This document shows, in pieces, positions 52,801 through 64,000 of a stretch of 64,000 nt of DNA. The translations under genes and the position numbers were made by a program. How positions within the stretch are numbered: the stretch's first letter is position 1; each line of letters begins with the position of its first letter. This stretch comes from Seison nebaliae (taxonomy: Eukaryota). The notes under the pieces are model-generated. The model was not told the DNA's origin. It was given only the letters and a program-made list of their open reading frames with translations, and ran no database searches. The stretch covers positions 1-64,000 of the forward strand of contig JALJEE010001605.1 of the NCBI GenBank assembly GCA_023231475.1. Reading direction: 5' to 3'.

Positions 52801-55400
52801 GGAAATTATCGAGCAAAAAATTTAAATTGAATGAAGAAGATGATGATGATGATCAATCAACGACTAATAATGACAGTTTCAATCAAGAAGAAGATGATGC
52901 ATCTTTATCAGAAGAAGATCGTAATGAATATTATCCTGATGATGATGAAGATGATGATCCATTTAATCGAATGTTACAACCGAACAAGAAAGAAGATATG
53001 ATGAGAAGTAATTTCAATCCGTTATTGAATGAAATTAAAAGTGATGAAGAGAATGGACCTGACGATTTCTTCCAAAATCTTCCATTGGAAACTGATTTCG
53101 GATATCAACCTGATGAATCAGATTTCACTTCCTCCAATTATCAAACATCGACATTTGACGATTTATGGGCGAAGAATGAGAAAGATGATATGTTTGACGT
53201 TGGATCATATTTCGACAATTTGAATGATCTCCACAATCTGAGTCCTCAACATCTCAATCAGAATGAGAGTGATCTTTCAATTTTACCGAATGATAATGAA
53301 CCAATATCAACGATGACGGATGAAGAGAAACGTGTGAAAGAGGAAGAAGAACATCGGAATTTATTGGAATGGGCTAAAGAGAAACGAAATGAATTTTTGA
53401 CTAAAGCTCACAATTTAATTCTCCCACCAAATGCATTAGATGATTTGATTCAATCATTAGGTGGAGCATCTGAAGTGGCCGAGTTAACAGGAAGGAAATA
53501 TCGACAAGTATTCGATGAAAAAACTCAAACTGTTCGTTGTGAATTGAGAACTGCGGCTGATTCAGGATTGGAAGGAATAAAGAAAGGACAAAATGATACG
53601 TTGGAAACGATTAATTTGCGAGAGCGTGATGCGTTTATGAGTGGGAAGAAACGTATCGCGATTATAAGTGAAGCTGCTAGTTCTGGAATTTCATTACATG
53701 CTGATCGTCGTTGTATTAATCGAACGAAACGACTTCATATTACACTCGAATTACCATGGAGTGCTGATCGTGCCATTCAACAATTTGGACGTTCTCATCG
53801 AAGTAATCAAGTTCATCCTCCCAAATATGTTATCGTCATTTCAAAATTAGCTGGTGAAACAAGATTTGCAGCAACTGTCGCTCGTCGTTTAGCTTCATTG
53901 GGAGCATTGACTCATGGTGATCGTCGTTCGGCGTTTTCAGGAAAAGATTTATCAAAATATAATCTTGATAATAAATATGGTTCAACGGCTTTAAATAATA
54001 TGTTGATATTTATTATTTGTGGGACGGAAGGAAAAAATATACCACCGATAATAAATGCACCAGATAAATTGAATTTCCTTCGTGTCATCTATTTTGCAAT
54101 GTTGAGTGTTCAAATTATTAAGGTGAGAAATAAAGATATGACAATGCCGATCGAATCATTCAATTTGTGGGAGAATGCTCTGAAGAAACAGAAAACGACA
54201 AATGAAGAAAAAATTGAAGAGATCGAAGACATCTCATTCTTTACGAGTGAAAAACATGTACCGACAGCTGATTCAAATTGTCAAACTGTCCCAAAATTTT
54301 TGAATAGAATTTTGGGAATTCCGGTGAAAACACAAAATTTGATTTTTCAATTTTTCCTCCGTTTTTTCGAACAAGAAATTCTCAATGCTAAAAAGAAAGG
54401 AATTTTAGATCATGGAATTAATGAATTGTCAGATAATCATGAAAAGACGACGATCTTGAGAGAAATCTCTTATAAATTGAAGAAAGAAGAACATAAATTT
54501 AATCCTGGATATATTCCCATTAACAAGACAGAAATTATTAATAAAGATTTTTTTGAATATCAACCAACGATATCGAATGTGAAATGTATTTCATATGAAC
54601 CGAAATGTGAAGAGAATGTTGTCAATTTGATAGCTGTTGTCATCGATCGTGGTGTTAGTTGGGAACGTTGTCAAGAATTGATTAAGGAAGCACAAATTAC
54701 AAAAAAAAAATCGACCAGTTTTCAAAATGCCAAACCATATGTCTTTTATTTGGCACAATGTCGACAAAAGATGTATAGTCTTGTTACGTTGTCAAATGTG
54801 ATGGGAGACGATGCTTTGTATCGAATGCACAAACCGAATTATGGTCGAGAAAAGAAGTTGTATAAGTTGTCTGAATTCGATCCGACTCATTATAAAGAAT
54901 TGGAAGAGAATGATGAATTGGAGAAAGGTTGGAAAGAACATTATGAAACATCTAAATTCAAATGTGTACATCAATATAATAATGACGATTGTAAAGCATT
55001 ACATTATCGAGGGAGAAGTGCAATGTTGAAAGCAACGTTAAGATCGAATATCTCCGAATTGGACGGGAAACAAATGAACGGAACAAAAATTCATCCATTT
55101 TCTTCAGATCAAACAATCTCAAATGTCTCATCAACAAATGAAGAAATTGAAGAATTTGGATGTCCACATATGAGACGATATCGAACTTTCTTCGTTTTGA
55201 CTAGTTCCATTTTCCCCATTTTCACAAACGTCAACATGATTCTGAGAGACAATGATAATCAATCAATTCAATTAATTAGAGTGTGTATCGGTGGTCGTCG
55301 AGTAACGGGCTGTCTAATCGGTTACCGGAAGATACGAGAAGTTCAACAATTGCTACAAAACAAAAGTTGCACTTACAAAGTAACTGATTTTGTAAAATGA
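49821..55400 (+). CDS. SBNO1: Strawberry notch homolog, intronless
   Basis: HPDSIVESAS, GDGAGVGKGR, FDECHRAKN, YASATGAS, VIGLQSTGE, ISEAASSGISLHAD and LELPWSADRAIQQFGRSHRSNQ motifs. Confidence 0.95.
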   Translation: MTFRKTDAQIKRKRDINNMNKNNYNNNNVHYFDGNNNNNNNNMINSEYSVMNNRTSNNLLPKVDRTNENLIAPFPTTDQRMSGHIALSNRELQPTDTLFSYNRRQSNMLPGKQYSNPPATSIHRSATATNLVDYKSENIINNNNNNHHHHYNQNQNYGYYVNYEGDNNDINRNIYHNNSKTHLTIPSNNGNFMINRRHGSTSSTKSLRMTPTQNSYDYEKKPILGNENKMANFPYHQSHSHKEEFVNKKPLARVTSERFQMRKYDNFKTTFFDQLVGPTSDRPKYINAVSNKKYDDTVSSSNLYPDYNGRERKSNVKIEQTIYETNGNYFSNKFPYDNNQSLFMDEYNQSYKTENNNMMITSTTISPDYGHRNYSNGTYRYGKPIRQPYNGFMPISDDTLDGNRHLFNHYLDERDMEDNEMNDDDVETYAEYKPNLPNIKHHGKVHPDSIVESASMNSIQISVRNLKKLRLPETLISKCCLSLVQYETILFACNKHQEFQTNGCRFGFFIGDGAGVGKGRTIAGIILENYMSGRKKAIWFSVSNDLKFDARRDLNDVGADFVKIHALNRFNYSSLKSQGVEDGVIFATYNALIGESMGSEGKTKKRNQSSRMKQLLNWLESDFEGCIVFDECHRAKNLNLVHGKSTKTAQAVATLQDCIKKARIVYASATGASEPRHLSYMSRLSIWGDVNSGSPFRSTTDFIQTMDKRGMIGMEMLAMDLKMRGVYIARQLSFTGVQFFIDEISLGNEFTELYDLSVKFWIDLRECYEKLKEIDTKDKTKTCWSRFWSAHQRFFKYLCIGAKISHVVKLARQSIQRGYSVVIGLQSTGEARLTDHLEENPNDESNELVSTSRGVLFQLLESSFPMLEDLRVSKSQSRRNKKINDEELEDEIDEEDEEDEEDEEDEDGDDPGLVLLDMMGEEWLGGERKKGRKRKKSSEMEDIALINYDNEDLIDGDEDQEEDVEEENEKKEENNLNDNKKKKAVRRKKPRVSGKLSSKKFKLNEEDDDDDQSTTNNDSFNQEEDDASLSEEDRNEYYPDDDEDDDPFNRMLQPNKKEDMMRSNFNPLLNEIKSDEENGPDDFFQNLPLETDFGYQPDESDFTSSNYQTSTFDDLWAKNEKDDMFDVGSYFDNLNDLHNLSPQHLNQNESDLSILPNDNEPISTMTDEEKRVKEEEEHRNLLEWAKEKRNEFLTKAHNLILPPNALDDLIQSLGGASEVAELTGRKYRQVFDEKTQTVRCELRTAADSGLEGIKKGQNDTLETINLRERDAFMSGKKRIAIISEAASSGISLHADRRCINRTKRLHITLELPWSADRAIQQFGRSHRSNQVHPPKYVIVISKLAGETRFAATVARRLASLGALTHGDRRSAFSGKDLSKYNLDNKYGSTALNNMLIFIICGTEGKNIPPIINAPDKLNFLRVIYFAMLSVQIIKVRNKDMTMPIESFNLWENALKKQKTTNEEKIEEIEDISFFTSEKHVPTADSNCQTVPKFLNRILGIPVKTQNLIFQFFLRFFEQEILNAKKKGILDHGINELSDNHEKTTILREISYKLKKEEHKFNPGYIPINKTEIINKDFFEYQPTISNVKCISYEPKCEENVVNLIAVVIDRGVSWERCQELIKEAQITKKKSTSFQNAKPYVFYLAQCRQKMYSLVTLSNVMGDDALYRMHKPNYGREKKLYKLSEFDPTHYKELEENDELEKGWKEHYETSKFKCVHQYNNDDCKALHYRGRSAMLKATLRSNISELDGKQMNGTKIHPFSSDQTISNVSSTNEEIEEFGCPHMRRYRTFFVLTSSIFPIFTNVNMILRDNDNQSIQLIRVCIGGRRVTGCLIGYRKIREVQQLLQNKSCTYKVTDFVK

Positions 55401-57178
55401 GTGAATGTGATCAAATCTTTTTCGACTTCGTGTTCTCTTCCTTCAATTTCTCACCATTTTGATGAAGAATCTTTTATTTTTACGTTTTTTTGTTATTTTT
55501 TTTAATTTTAATATATTATTATTTGTTACATCAAAGAATTTATTCAAAAAAACTATCTGAAAACTATTCGAATTCAGAATTTATTTGAAATAAAATTTAT
55601 AGAAATTCCATTCAATTTACATTACTTCTCTTAATATAACTTTTCTTAAGCATACGATATACATAATAAATTACTTTTAAATCAATAACAATCCACTTGT
55701 AATTCAGTTGTTTCTTTAAAACTCTTTGAAAGAAAGTTAAATTGTTTAAGAGAGTGTTTCTCAATCGAATCAGAATAAAATGAAAAGTTCATTTATTTTA
55801 CAATTCATTCAATTATAAAATATTTGTTTATTTTTTCCATAATTCCAAATAGAAGAATTGTTGGGAGTTCGTTTTAATTAACTTTAAAAGACTTAAAACA
55901 GCTAGACACAGTGTTTATGAAATCAATAGAGAATTAATACGAATCAGTTGCAGTAGAGATGATATATGGGTAATGTTTAATCGAAGAGAATTAAATTTTA
56001 ATTATACATATCATCGTCATGGGTATTATTAGATTTGGTCGTTATTTCAGGAAGTGAAATAGAATAGTAGGAATGAATGGGAAAAGTGTTTCGCTTCATC
56101 TCCAATACTTTTTTTGCCTTTCATGCAAGCAATGCGATAAGAATGACCTTTTAGTGAGACGTGAAAAAGGAAAATAGTGTTATTCATTCGTTTAATTTAA
56201 CCGTCTCCCAAATCTTTACGAAATATCGAAGGATAGAGAAATGACGATATTTTCGTTTACACTTAATCGGTCATCTACTTTTAAAGTGCTCGCAAAAGTT
56301 TGAGAAAAGGTAATTGTTTATGAATGAATCATGTTCTTCATCGAAACGATTAAAAAGAATTTCCATTAGAATTTTCCCCATGATCCATTTGAAATCATAG
56401 AAGAGATCATGATCACCATCATCAAGAAAAACAAGAAATTTTTGTTGACGTTTTCATACCGTTGTCATGGGAATTATGATGAAAATAAATTTTTTTTCTA
56501 TATTACTTTCTGTCTGATAAATGAATGTATGATAGAAAATAGGGAAACAGGAGAAGACAAAACGAAGTGATACATAGCTCGTGGAAACATTGGATTACAC
56601 ATACACGCACATATCGGAGTGAATATTAATTTTTTGTTTGTAAGAATTTCTTCCATTTCCTTATGAGGACGAAGTACGGTGAAAGAATTAATAAATTTCT
56701 TTTAAAGCGGAATTCTTGTTTGTTCATTAGAAAGAGAGAGTCCCGAATTTCAAACAGGTTTCGACCCTTCCACCAATTTGATTGTTCATCTGTTAAGTGA
56801 ACGATACTAAAACGATTTGTGTCGAAATTGGATGAAGATTTTACGAAAAACCAAATCGAATTGATTTCTTTTCCAAACATCTCATTCTTCATACATATTT
56901 TTTTGAAGTCTGCTTAATTCAATGTTTCTTTCATTATTTCATTGAAGTAATTTATCCTTGTAGAAGGATTGCTTTATAAATCTTACAACAGAAGAAAAAC
57001 AATAAGTTTAGTCTTTTGTCTAAAGGAAATAATATGTGTGTCGAAATTCATACTATCCTAATCTAATTCAACTAGTCGCCTTTCATTCGCTTTTGATAAA
57101 AAGTAAACTTGAATTATTGCCTCTAACTGAGATTTCATTATTCTTCAACAATCTTTCTTTTTTCAGATGTACTAGAAA

Positions 57179-59061
57179 ATGGAAAAATACGAGGTCCTAA
57201 GACCAAACGTCGGTGAAGGTTCTTATGGAATTGTATCTCATGCAATTAATAAAGTTTTCTCTTATCATTAAAATTCATTTATTTGAATTTCATCTATCTG
57301 TTATTAATAAATTGATAATAAAACAAATGAAAGGAAACTCGAGAAGAAGTTGCAATAAAACATTTTAAGAATGTAGATCAAAGTTCAAAATTTTCTTCTT
57401 ATTTTTATTCTTCCTATCGTAAAATGAATTTGTAGTGGAGAATGCTCAATTGAGGAAAGCTGCAGTTAAAGAATTGAGAATTTTAAGAATCCTTCACCAC
57501 AAAACGAGTCATACTAATACAAACAGCAAATCTTATTGCAATAGCCAATTACGTCATTTTCATGACGCATCTCAATTGAGTCATGAGAATATCATTAAAT
57601 TCATAGAAGCGTTCCGTTGTGCAAAACAACAAACATTTTCAATAGTCTTCGAATTTTGTCCTCATACATTATTACGACTCATTTCCAAGAATAAAAACGG
57701 TTTACAATGGAAAGATGTTCATTCGATTTGTTTACAAATCTGTAAAGCAGTTCAATGGTGCCATAATCATTCCATTCTTCATAGAGGTTGATTTTTATTT
57801 TATTAATCTTAAAAATAATTTGAATTTAAATTGTAGATATTAAACCGGAAAATATATTACTTAATCAAAATAATGTGGTTAAGTTGTGTGATTTCGGTTA
57901 AAATATTTTTCTTTATAATTAATTCACTAAATTTGTAGGTTTTGCCAGACAAGTCTATCGAGGAAGTTCGAATGATTTGAATAATAAAGACCATCCACAT
58001 ACTCATTATGTGGCTACCAGATGGTATCGTGCACCAGAACTATTATTAAATGCTCCTTATTCATTTCCGGTAGACATTTGGAGTATTGGTTGCATTCTCG
58101 CTGAAATGTCCAATGGAGAACCGTTGTTCAAAGGTGAGTCGGATATCGATCAAATATATAAGATTCAATGTAGAATTGGCAATTTCCCTCATTCACTAAC
58201 TCAACATTTTAATAATTCATCGAAATTCAAAAAATTGATGGTTCGTATTTAATAATTAATATTTGTATTTATTTTTTAATATTTTCAAAATTTTTTTAAA
58301 AAAAGTTTCCCACAGTAACAGAACCTGGTGAATCATTAAGAAATGCTTATCACGATAGATTAACGGTGGAGAAGAATAATGAACTTTTTTATTTTCTGGA
58401 GAAATTATTGCAACTTAATCCGAAAGATCGTCTGATGATTGTCGACTGTGTGTCGAAATTGAATGACATTTATTTCAATGTTTTCACATCCAAAAAAGTG
58501 GGTTTGTTACCAAAAGGTAATAAAGATGGTCGTCGTCATAGTTCAACATTCTTCCAGTTGAAATTGCCGACGAAGCGAAATAATTTCACATTAAATTCTG
58601 GAAAAGTTTCAACATTTCCATTAATAGACTATGTGGACAGTACATCCAATTTCCGTCATTTAATGTTAAGATTGAATTTGAAACATCAACAAGAATTGGA
58701 AGAATTGAATAAGACAACAGTGGAAGTGAAACCATCAGTGAATCATCAGAAATTGGAGACGCTAAAAGAAAAAATCATTCTTCCACCCACCAAATTGACA
58801 CATTTACCAAAGAAGAAATATAGTGCGAAAACGAACAAAAATTCAATTCATCTCAAATCGAAATTGACGAAATCTTCGAAACTGGCAAATGATAAGAACA
58901 ATAGTCAAAGTAAACGTGTTACGAGATATCGTCGTTATAAAAGTTCAACCACAACATCATTATCCACCATAACATCAACAACAAAAACGTCGAATGCAAC
59001 ATCATCATCAACAACGATTGATACACCAGGTACAACGATATTTAAAAAGAAAATTAATTGA
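57179..59061 (+). CDS. Cyclin-dependent kinase-like kinase (CDKL5-like)
   Basis: [47 protein letters not shown] and GESDIDQ motifs. Introns 57254-57333, 57383-57435, 57787-57836, 57897-57938 and 58241-58305. Confidence 0.9.
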
Positions 59062-59924
59062 ACAAATCCGTTCATTCTCTCTCAAATCCGATAGGCTTGA
59101 CGGTGGTGTTGTTGTTGAAAGGAAATAACCGGTGATTATGATTCTAATTTATTTCATTTCAAATGATTTCTTCTCTTTCTCTTATATTAATTATCGTACT
59201 AAACGATTATGAAACTCCAATATATCTTGCACTGTATTCAAGAAAAAGAAAATCAAATTCTCATCGAAGAATAATCATTTGTTATTCATTAACAAGAAAA
59301 CATAAAATGAAATAAATTACTTTAAACGTTTAATGATAATACAAAACATTAAATTTTGTGTAGACACGTGAAAAAAGTCGAGAGCGAGAGAGTGTTGAGA
59401 CAGAGTTGAGATTATACCATCGAGAGGATAATATGAATAAGATTATTGAAAATTGGTGAGAGAAATTAGAAGTTGGGTGAAGGGATTATGTCGATGAATA
59501 AATTGACATGTTATTCGCGTTTCAAATACTTTTTAGGTCGAAACTATAATTAGGAAGTGGTTTAGAAATTAGGAAAAAAATTAAAGTTTTTTCTTCTTTG
59601 TCATTATCATCTTTGTTCTCATGTTTATTTTAAGATTATTATAACGCCAATATTATTGTTGTTGTTGTCGTTGTTTAATCATGTTGGATGAATTATCCCC
59701 AATATTTAATTTGGATGAATTATTTAATGAAATGAGATGAGAATTATCTTTTCCTCAAATTAATCAATGAGTTAATGAATAATTTTAGTTTCTTTCTTTT
59801 CTATGTTTCTATTTAGAAATTCTATATTTCTTTTGAGATAATCATCGGACATAGAACATTTAATTTATATTATTTCAATTTCGACCTAAAGTGACCTTCA
59901 TCAATTAAAACAATAGATTTAATC

Positions 59925-60435
59925 ATGACGTCATTGAAACGATCAGCATACCGTAATGAAGAAAACGATTTGAAATCAAAATCTGACCAACGATTCGACA
60001 AAATACGAAGTGGAGAATCTCTAAAATTCTTAGGATATAGATCAACGTCATCTTTAGACATGTTTGGAGCATTTAAGAAGAATAAGAGTTCTACCGATTT
60101 CCGTTATTCGAATGTAGATTCAGGGTTCAAATCGCCAATCGTTCAATCACCATCCGAGTCCAGTATGGTCAATGATGAGATGAGGGACGATGATGACGTG
60201 AGTAGTATTATTATGTCGAAAGTTGATAATAATGAGACGGAACGAAAGAAGAAAGTTGATAGATTGACGACATTTCTTGAAAATATGGAGAAGACGAGTG
60301 CGATGAATGCACACAATTTTTCTTTGTGGAAGGAGAAAGATGCCGAATATCAGAGATATAAACAAACTCAATCGCCATATGTTTATAACAATAATATGGA
60401 TATGCAACATTCATTATACAATACCCAAATGTACC

Positions 60436-60491
<56 letters not shown>

Positions 60492-61037
60492 GCACAATTA
60501 CAAGCACAAATGCAAGCACAGGCTCAAGCACAAGCTACAGCCCAACAACAACAACAGCAACAACAACAATATTTTTATCCTACAATAAATGAAAAAGGTT
60601 CAACAACAACAGGTTATACAAGACGAACACCTGGTAGTATTTACCACAATCAATATTATTATCAATCTCAACCAACCATTATAGATTACATCATTCCAAT
60701 CATCGATGATATATTCCCTTCAACTTCCACGTATGATAACGGTCAATATGGTTATGCACAAAATCAATATGAACATCAATATCATCCATATCATCAGCAA
60801 CAGGATAGAAGGAATTTTAATTCTGCATATCAGAACGAATATATTCCGTATGAATATGGAACGAACATGAATGATTATAATGGCTCATATTATCCGGAAT
60901 ACCAATATTACACAGAAAACAGCTACCAATCCGCCAATGTGGAACGACCATATTCTACGTCGACAAATGAGCGGAAAAGAAGCAGCAAGAAATCATCGAA
61001 TTTATATAATCATTCTAATTACAGTTTTATCTATTAG
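59925..61037 (+). CDS. Hypothetical polyQ and Tyr/Asn/Gln-rich low-complexity protein
   Basis: 370-codon ORF with a pure CAA tract, AQ repeats and a Tyr-rich C-terminal half; no recognisable domain. Confidence 0.7.
60435..60491 (+). repeat. Perfect (CAA)n coding microsatellite (polyQ)
   Basis: Seen directly. Confidence 0.95.
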
Positions 61038-64000
61038 ATCTATAAATCTTTTATCTTTTCATTTCTAACAAATCTTCTACTACAACAATTAGGATGTTAA
61101 ATGGAATAATAAACTTAATTCTTTTCTTAGAGATTTGCATTCTAATTTATTGATTATACTTCTTATTACGACGTACCATCGTTCTTCATCGACCGCTTCG
61201 TCCATTATCATTCAAATAACATAAACTATTCAGAAAAGACATTGGTAAATAATCGATATTATATTCTGTGACATTTCCTTTTATTCAAATGCATAAAGAT
61301 GTACTCATGAGCGATCGACGTATAAATTCTTTTTATTCTTTCCTCCTTCTTCTTCTGCATTTTGTTACTGATAAATAAAATAATGTTCCTTTCAATTCTC
61401 TTTTATAATCTCTCTTCATTTTTTCCGCCAGTAATTACAGAAGGGAATGTCCAATAACATTGATAAATCAATATCTTAATTTCGAGACTTCCAACATTCG
61501 TTACAGATCAATCAAAACGAATTAATTTCAAGATGTCCCTTCTCCTCCAATGTATTAAGGTAATTCAATTACGATGCCATTCAAATTTCTAATCTATTCT
61601 ATTTTCATATCGAACTCTTATCTGACTACAATTATTCCCAGAATTGTGTTTTCCTCAAATTCTTATCCGATTAGAAAGTTTTTAATTTATGAACATCTGT
61701 TGATAACTATTTTGTCTGATCGATTATTCTGCACTTTTCTTCCTTGAGATCATTCGCATTATCTTGAGATGATTAAGAAAATGTATTTAAAAGTTCAGGT
61801 TTTCTCGCTAACGAATAGTAATCTGGAAGAGAGTTCTTGCTATTCATTTTTTTTTATAAATTTTATTGATTATTATTCTTGTTTAGTACGACTAATCATA
61901 ATAAATTTCAACATGTTTTTTTCTCCTCGTCAATTTCAATCACTTAATACACATAATTATTTGTTGTTATTTCTTTACATAACATAAAAATTATGTGCCA
62001 ATTAACCAGAATTTGTCAATGGAAAATGATAATTAGTTTTTCTTTTTAGGCAATTTATTCCGGCGTAAAACCGAACTGTATGATTCAATAACAAGTAGTT
62101 TATGGAAAATTATCATTTCTTTTCACGCTAAAATGAAATTCTTCCTTTATTTGCTTCCATTTCCACCGTACAGGAATTTCCACCACTGGAAATCTTTAGG
62201 GGAATTACAAATGACTAAATGAATCTCAGAAATCTCAAAAAAGAAAAAGATGAAGCAAGATAAGATGTATAGTTCCTTGACACGGACTATCGAATAATTA
62301 TGTCATAATAATGTGTTAACGATGTTAATTGAAAGAAGCAAAAATAGAATTACCATTCTCCTTCAATCGAACGAAAAGAATACATCTTTTCTTCCAGAAG
62401 TTCTTCAGTTATCAGGAAGAATTATCTTCAGATTTTTAATTACTAAACTGAAATTCACATCGTTTAGAGTATTATTCTTCCTCTTTCAAGCATGATATCC
62501 AGGGTGTCAAAACTGGATATCTTAAATATCATTTTTCCAAATGTTGAGAAAAGGAAATTTACTTCCCATTTTGTCTGATATCTTTCCGACGTAAGTGTTC
62601 CCCTCGCACAATTCATGGGAATTTGGAAGTCAATTTAAAAAAAAATGCACGAAAATTTTAACATAAATGTTTTCTCTAAAACATTCTGTCAATTCTTCAA
62701 CAGCATCCTCCACTTCTACTGCATTATTATTAAGATAAGTAAATTAAAAATTCAAATTCTCATTTGTTTTTCAGGATAAAATTTTTATTCATAAATTTGT
62801 ACGCAATTCCGGGATAACTTTCTGACAAGTTAGTTTAACCGCCCACTTCCCTTTTATTCCACACCTCCCTTATGAAAACATGAAAATTATATTTTGAATT
62901 AAACTTTTGACTTTTGTTAGTTTGACTTATAGCAATTTTCTTTCTCCGCTTAACTAACAAATTGCTCGATACTGATGGGAAGAGAATGAGCAAAGATTTT
63001 ACTAACATAAGAATGACAAATAATATTGCCATTCAATATTCATATCTGATATCCATTAGCACTCCACAGAACATCGACGAGACGAAATTATGTGTCATCT
63101 GATCCGAATATTTTTTGAAATTATATGATTATCCATTGTTTATAGACAACGTCAAATTGACAGATAAAACTCATCATCAATCAATTTTATATAAAAAACA
63201 CTTTTTGTTTTATTTTTATATTATTTTCATAGAAGGACTATTGGAAATTTATTATATATATTTTACTATTCCTATTAATAGAATAATCTAATTTCTAACA
63301 GTATTATAAATTCTTCATGTAGTGGTAGGAGGTCGTTAGACTTATAGAATTATGTTGCCTCTTATTTAGGTTTCGGTTGTGAGTATTTTGCCTCTCATTC
63401 TCATAATTTATAGACATAACTGTCTCGCCTAACAGAAGATTGTTTGGCTTTATTTGTAAATTGTACATATATTTGTTCATTTTTTAGGTGTGTAACTAAT
63501 TCGGTTGATAATTTGAATTTAATGATTACATATTTGTGATTATTAATTTTTTATTAAATCAATTTTTCAATAAATATGCAATGGATGTTTAGTGATAAAG
63601 TAGATTGAAAAAATAATGAGAAAATTCTTAAATTCCCATCGTTTCCATCACTCGATCAGATCAGCTCATGCCCTTCCAATTTGGACAAACGGATTAGAAT
63701 GACAATTAATGAAAAATGTCAGTAAATTCGATTTGTCTAACATTGGAAAATTTTTTCTAATTCTATAATTATTGAAAAATTGATGAGTCATGATGGATGA
63801 AATAGGAATGTTCTGTAAGAAAAAACAAGAGAAACATGTGATGGATGCCAAGAATGAATTGTGTCTCAATTTCAAATGATTCTCATTCTTCCAAGAATTT
63901 ATGATTCGAATGAGAAGTACGTCTCAATGAAAAAAGATGAATCTCAGTCATCAAATGAAATTCATGAGTTTTTTTTTTATCTGAAATAAGGTAAGTTAGT

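Noticed and set aside
1..64000. Prokaryotic systems, an alternative genetic code, frameshifted pseudogenes, or U1/U6 snRNA genes
   Set aside because: All ORF breaks are explained by short GT..AG introns, long ORFs read in the standard code, and no repeat-spacer array, transposase or snRNA motif was seen by eye. An Infernal scan would be needed to exclude ncRNAs.

Overview
AT-rich, compact eukaryotic (metazoan) genomic DNA in the standard genetic code, not a prokaryotic window. Splicing the ORF fragments by hand gives about 15 genes: a WD40-like gene cut by the left edge, a mucin-like type I membrane protein, AFG2/SPATA5, GAPVD1, NUDT14, a PLAT-domain membrane protein, a Cav3 T-type channel, importin-7/8, LCMT1, a DMAC2-like protein, SPT5, NDUFB1 (absent from the ORF track), strawberry notch, a CDKL5-like kinase and a polyQ/Tyr-rich protein. 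There is also an unannotated 59-aa ORF and an orphan 406-aa ORF. The main discovery is in the introns. Of 37 introns I could reconstruct, 36 begin GTT rather than the usual GTR, positions +4 to +6 are largely unconstrained, and several acceptors are AAG with no pyrimidine tract. This points to a lineage with a re-tuned 5' splice-site recognition system. The species cannot be identified from the sequence alone. No tRNA, rRNA, snRNA, CRISPR array or intact transposon was recognised. All gene models and family assignments are manual and unsearched.
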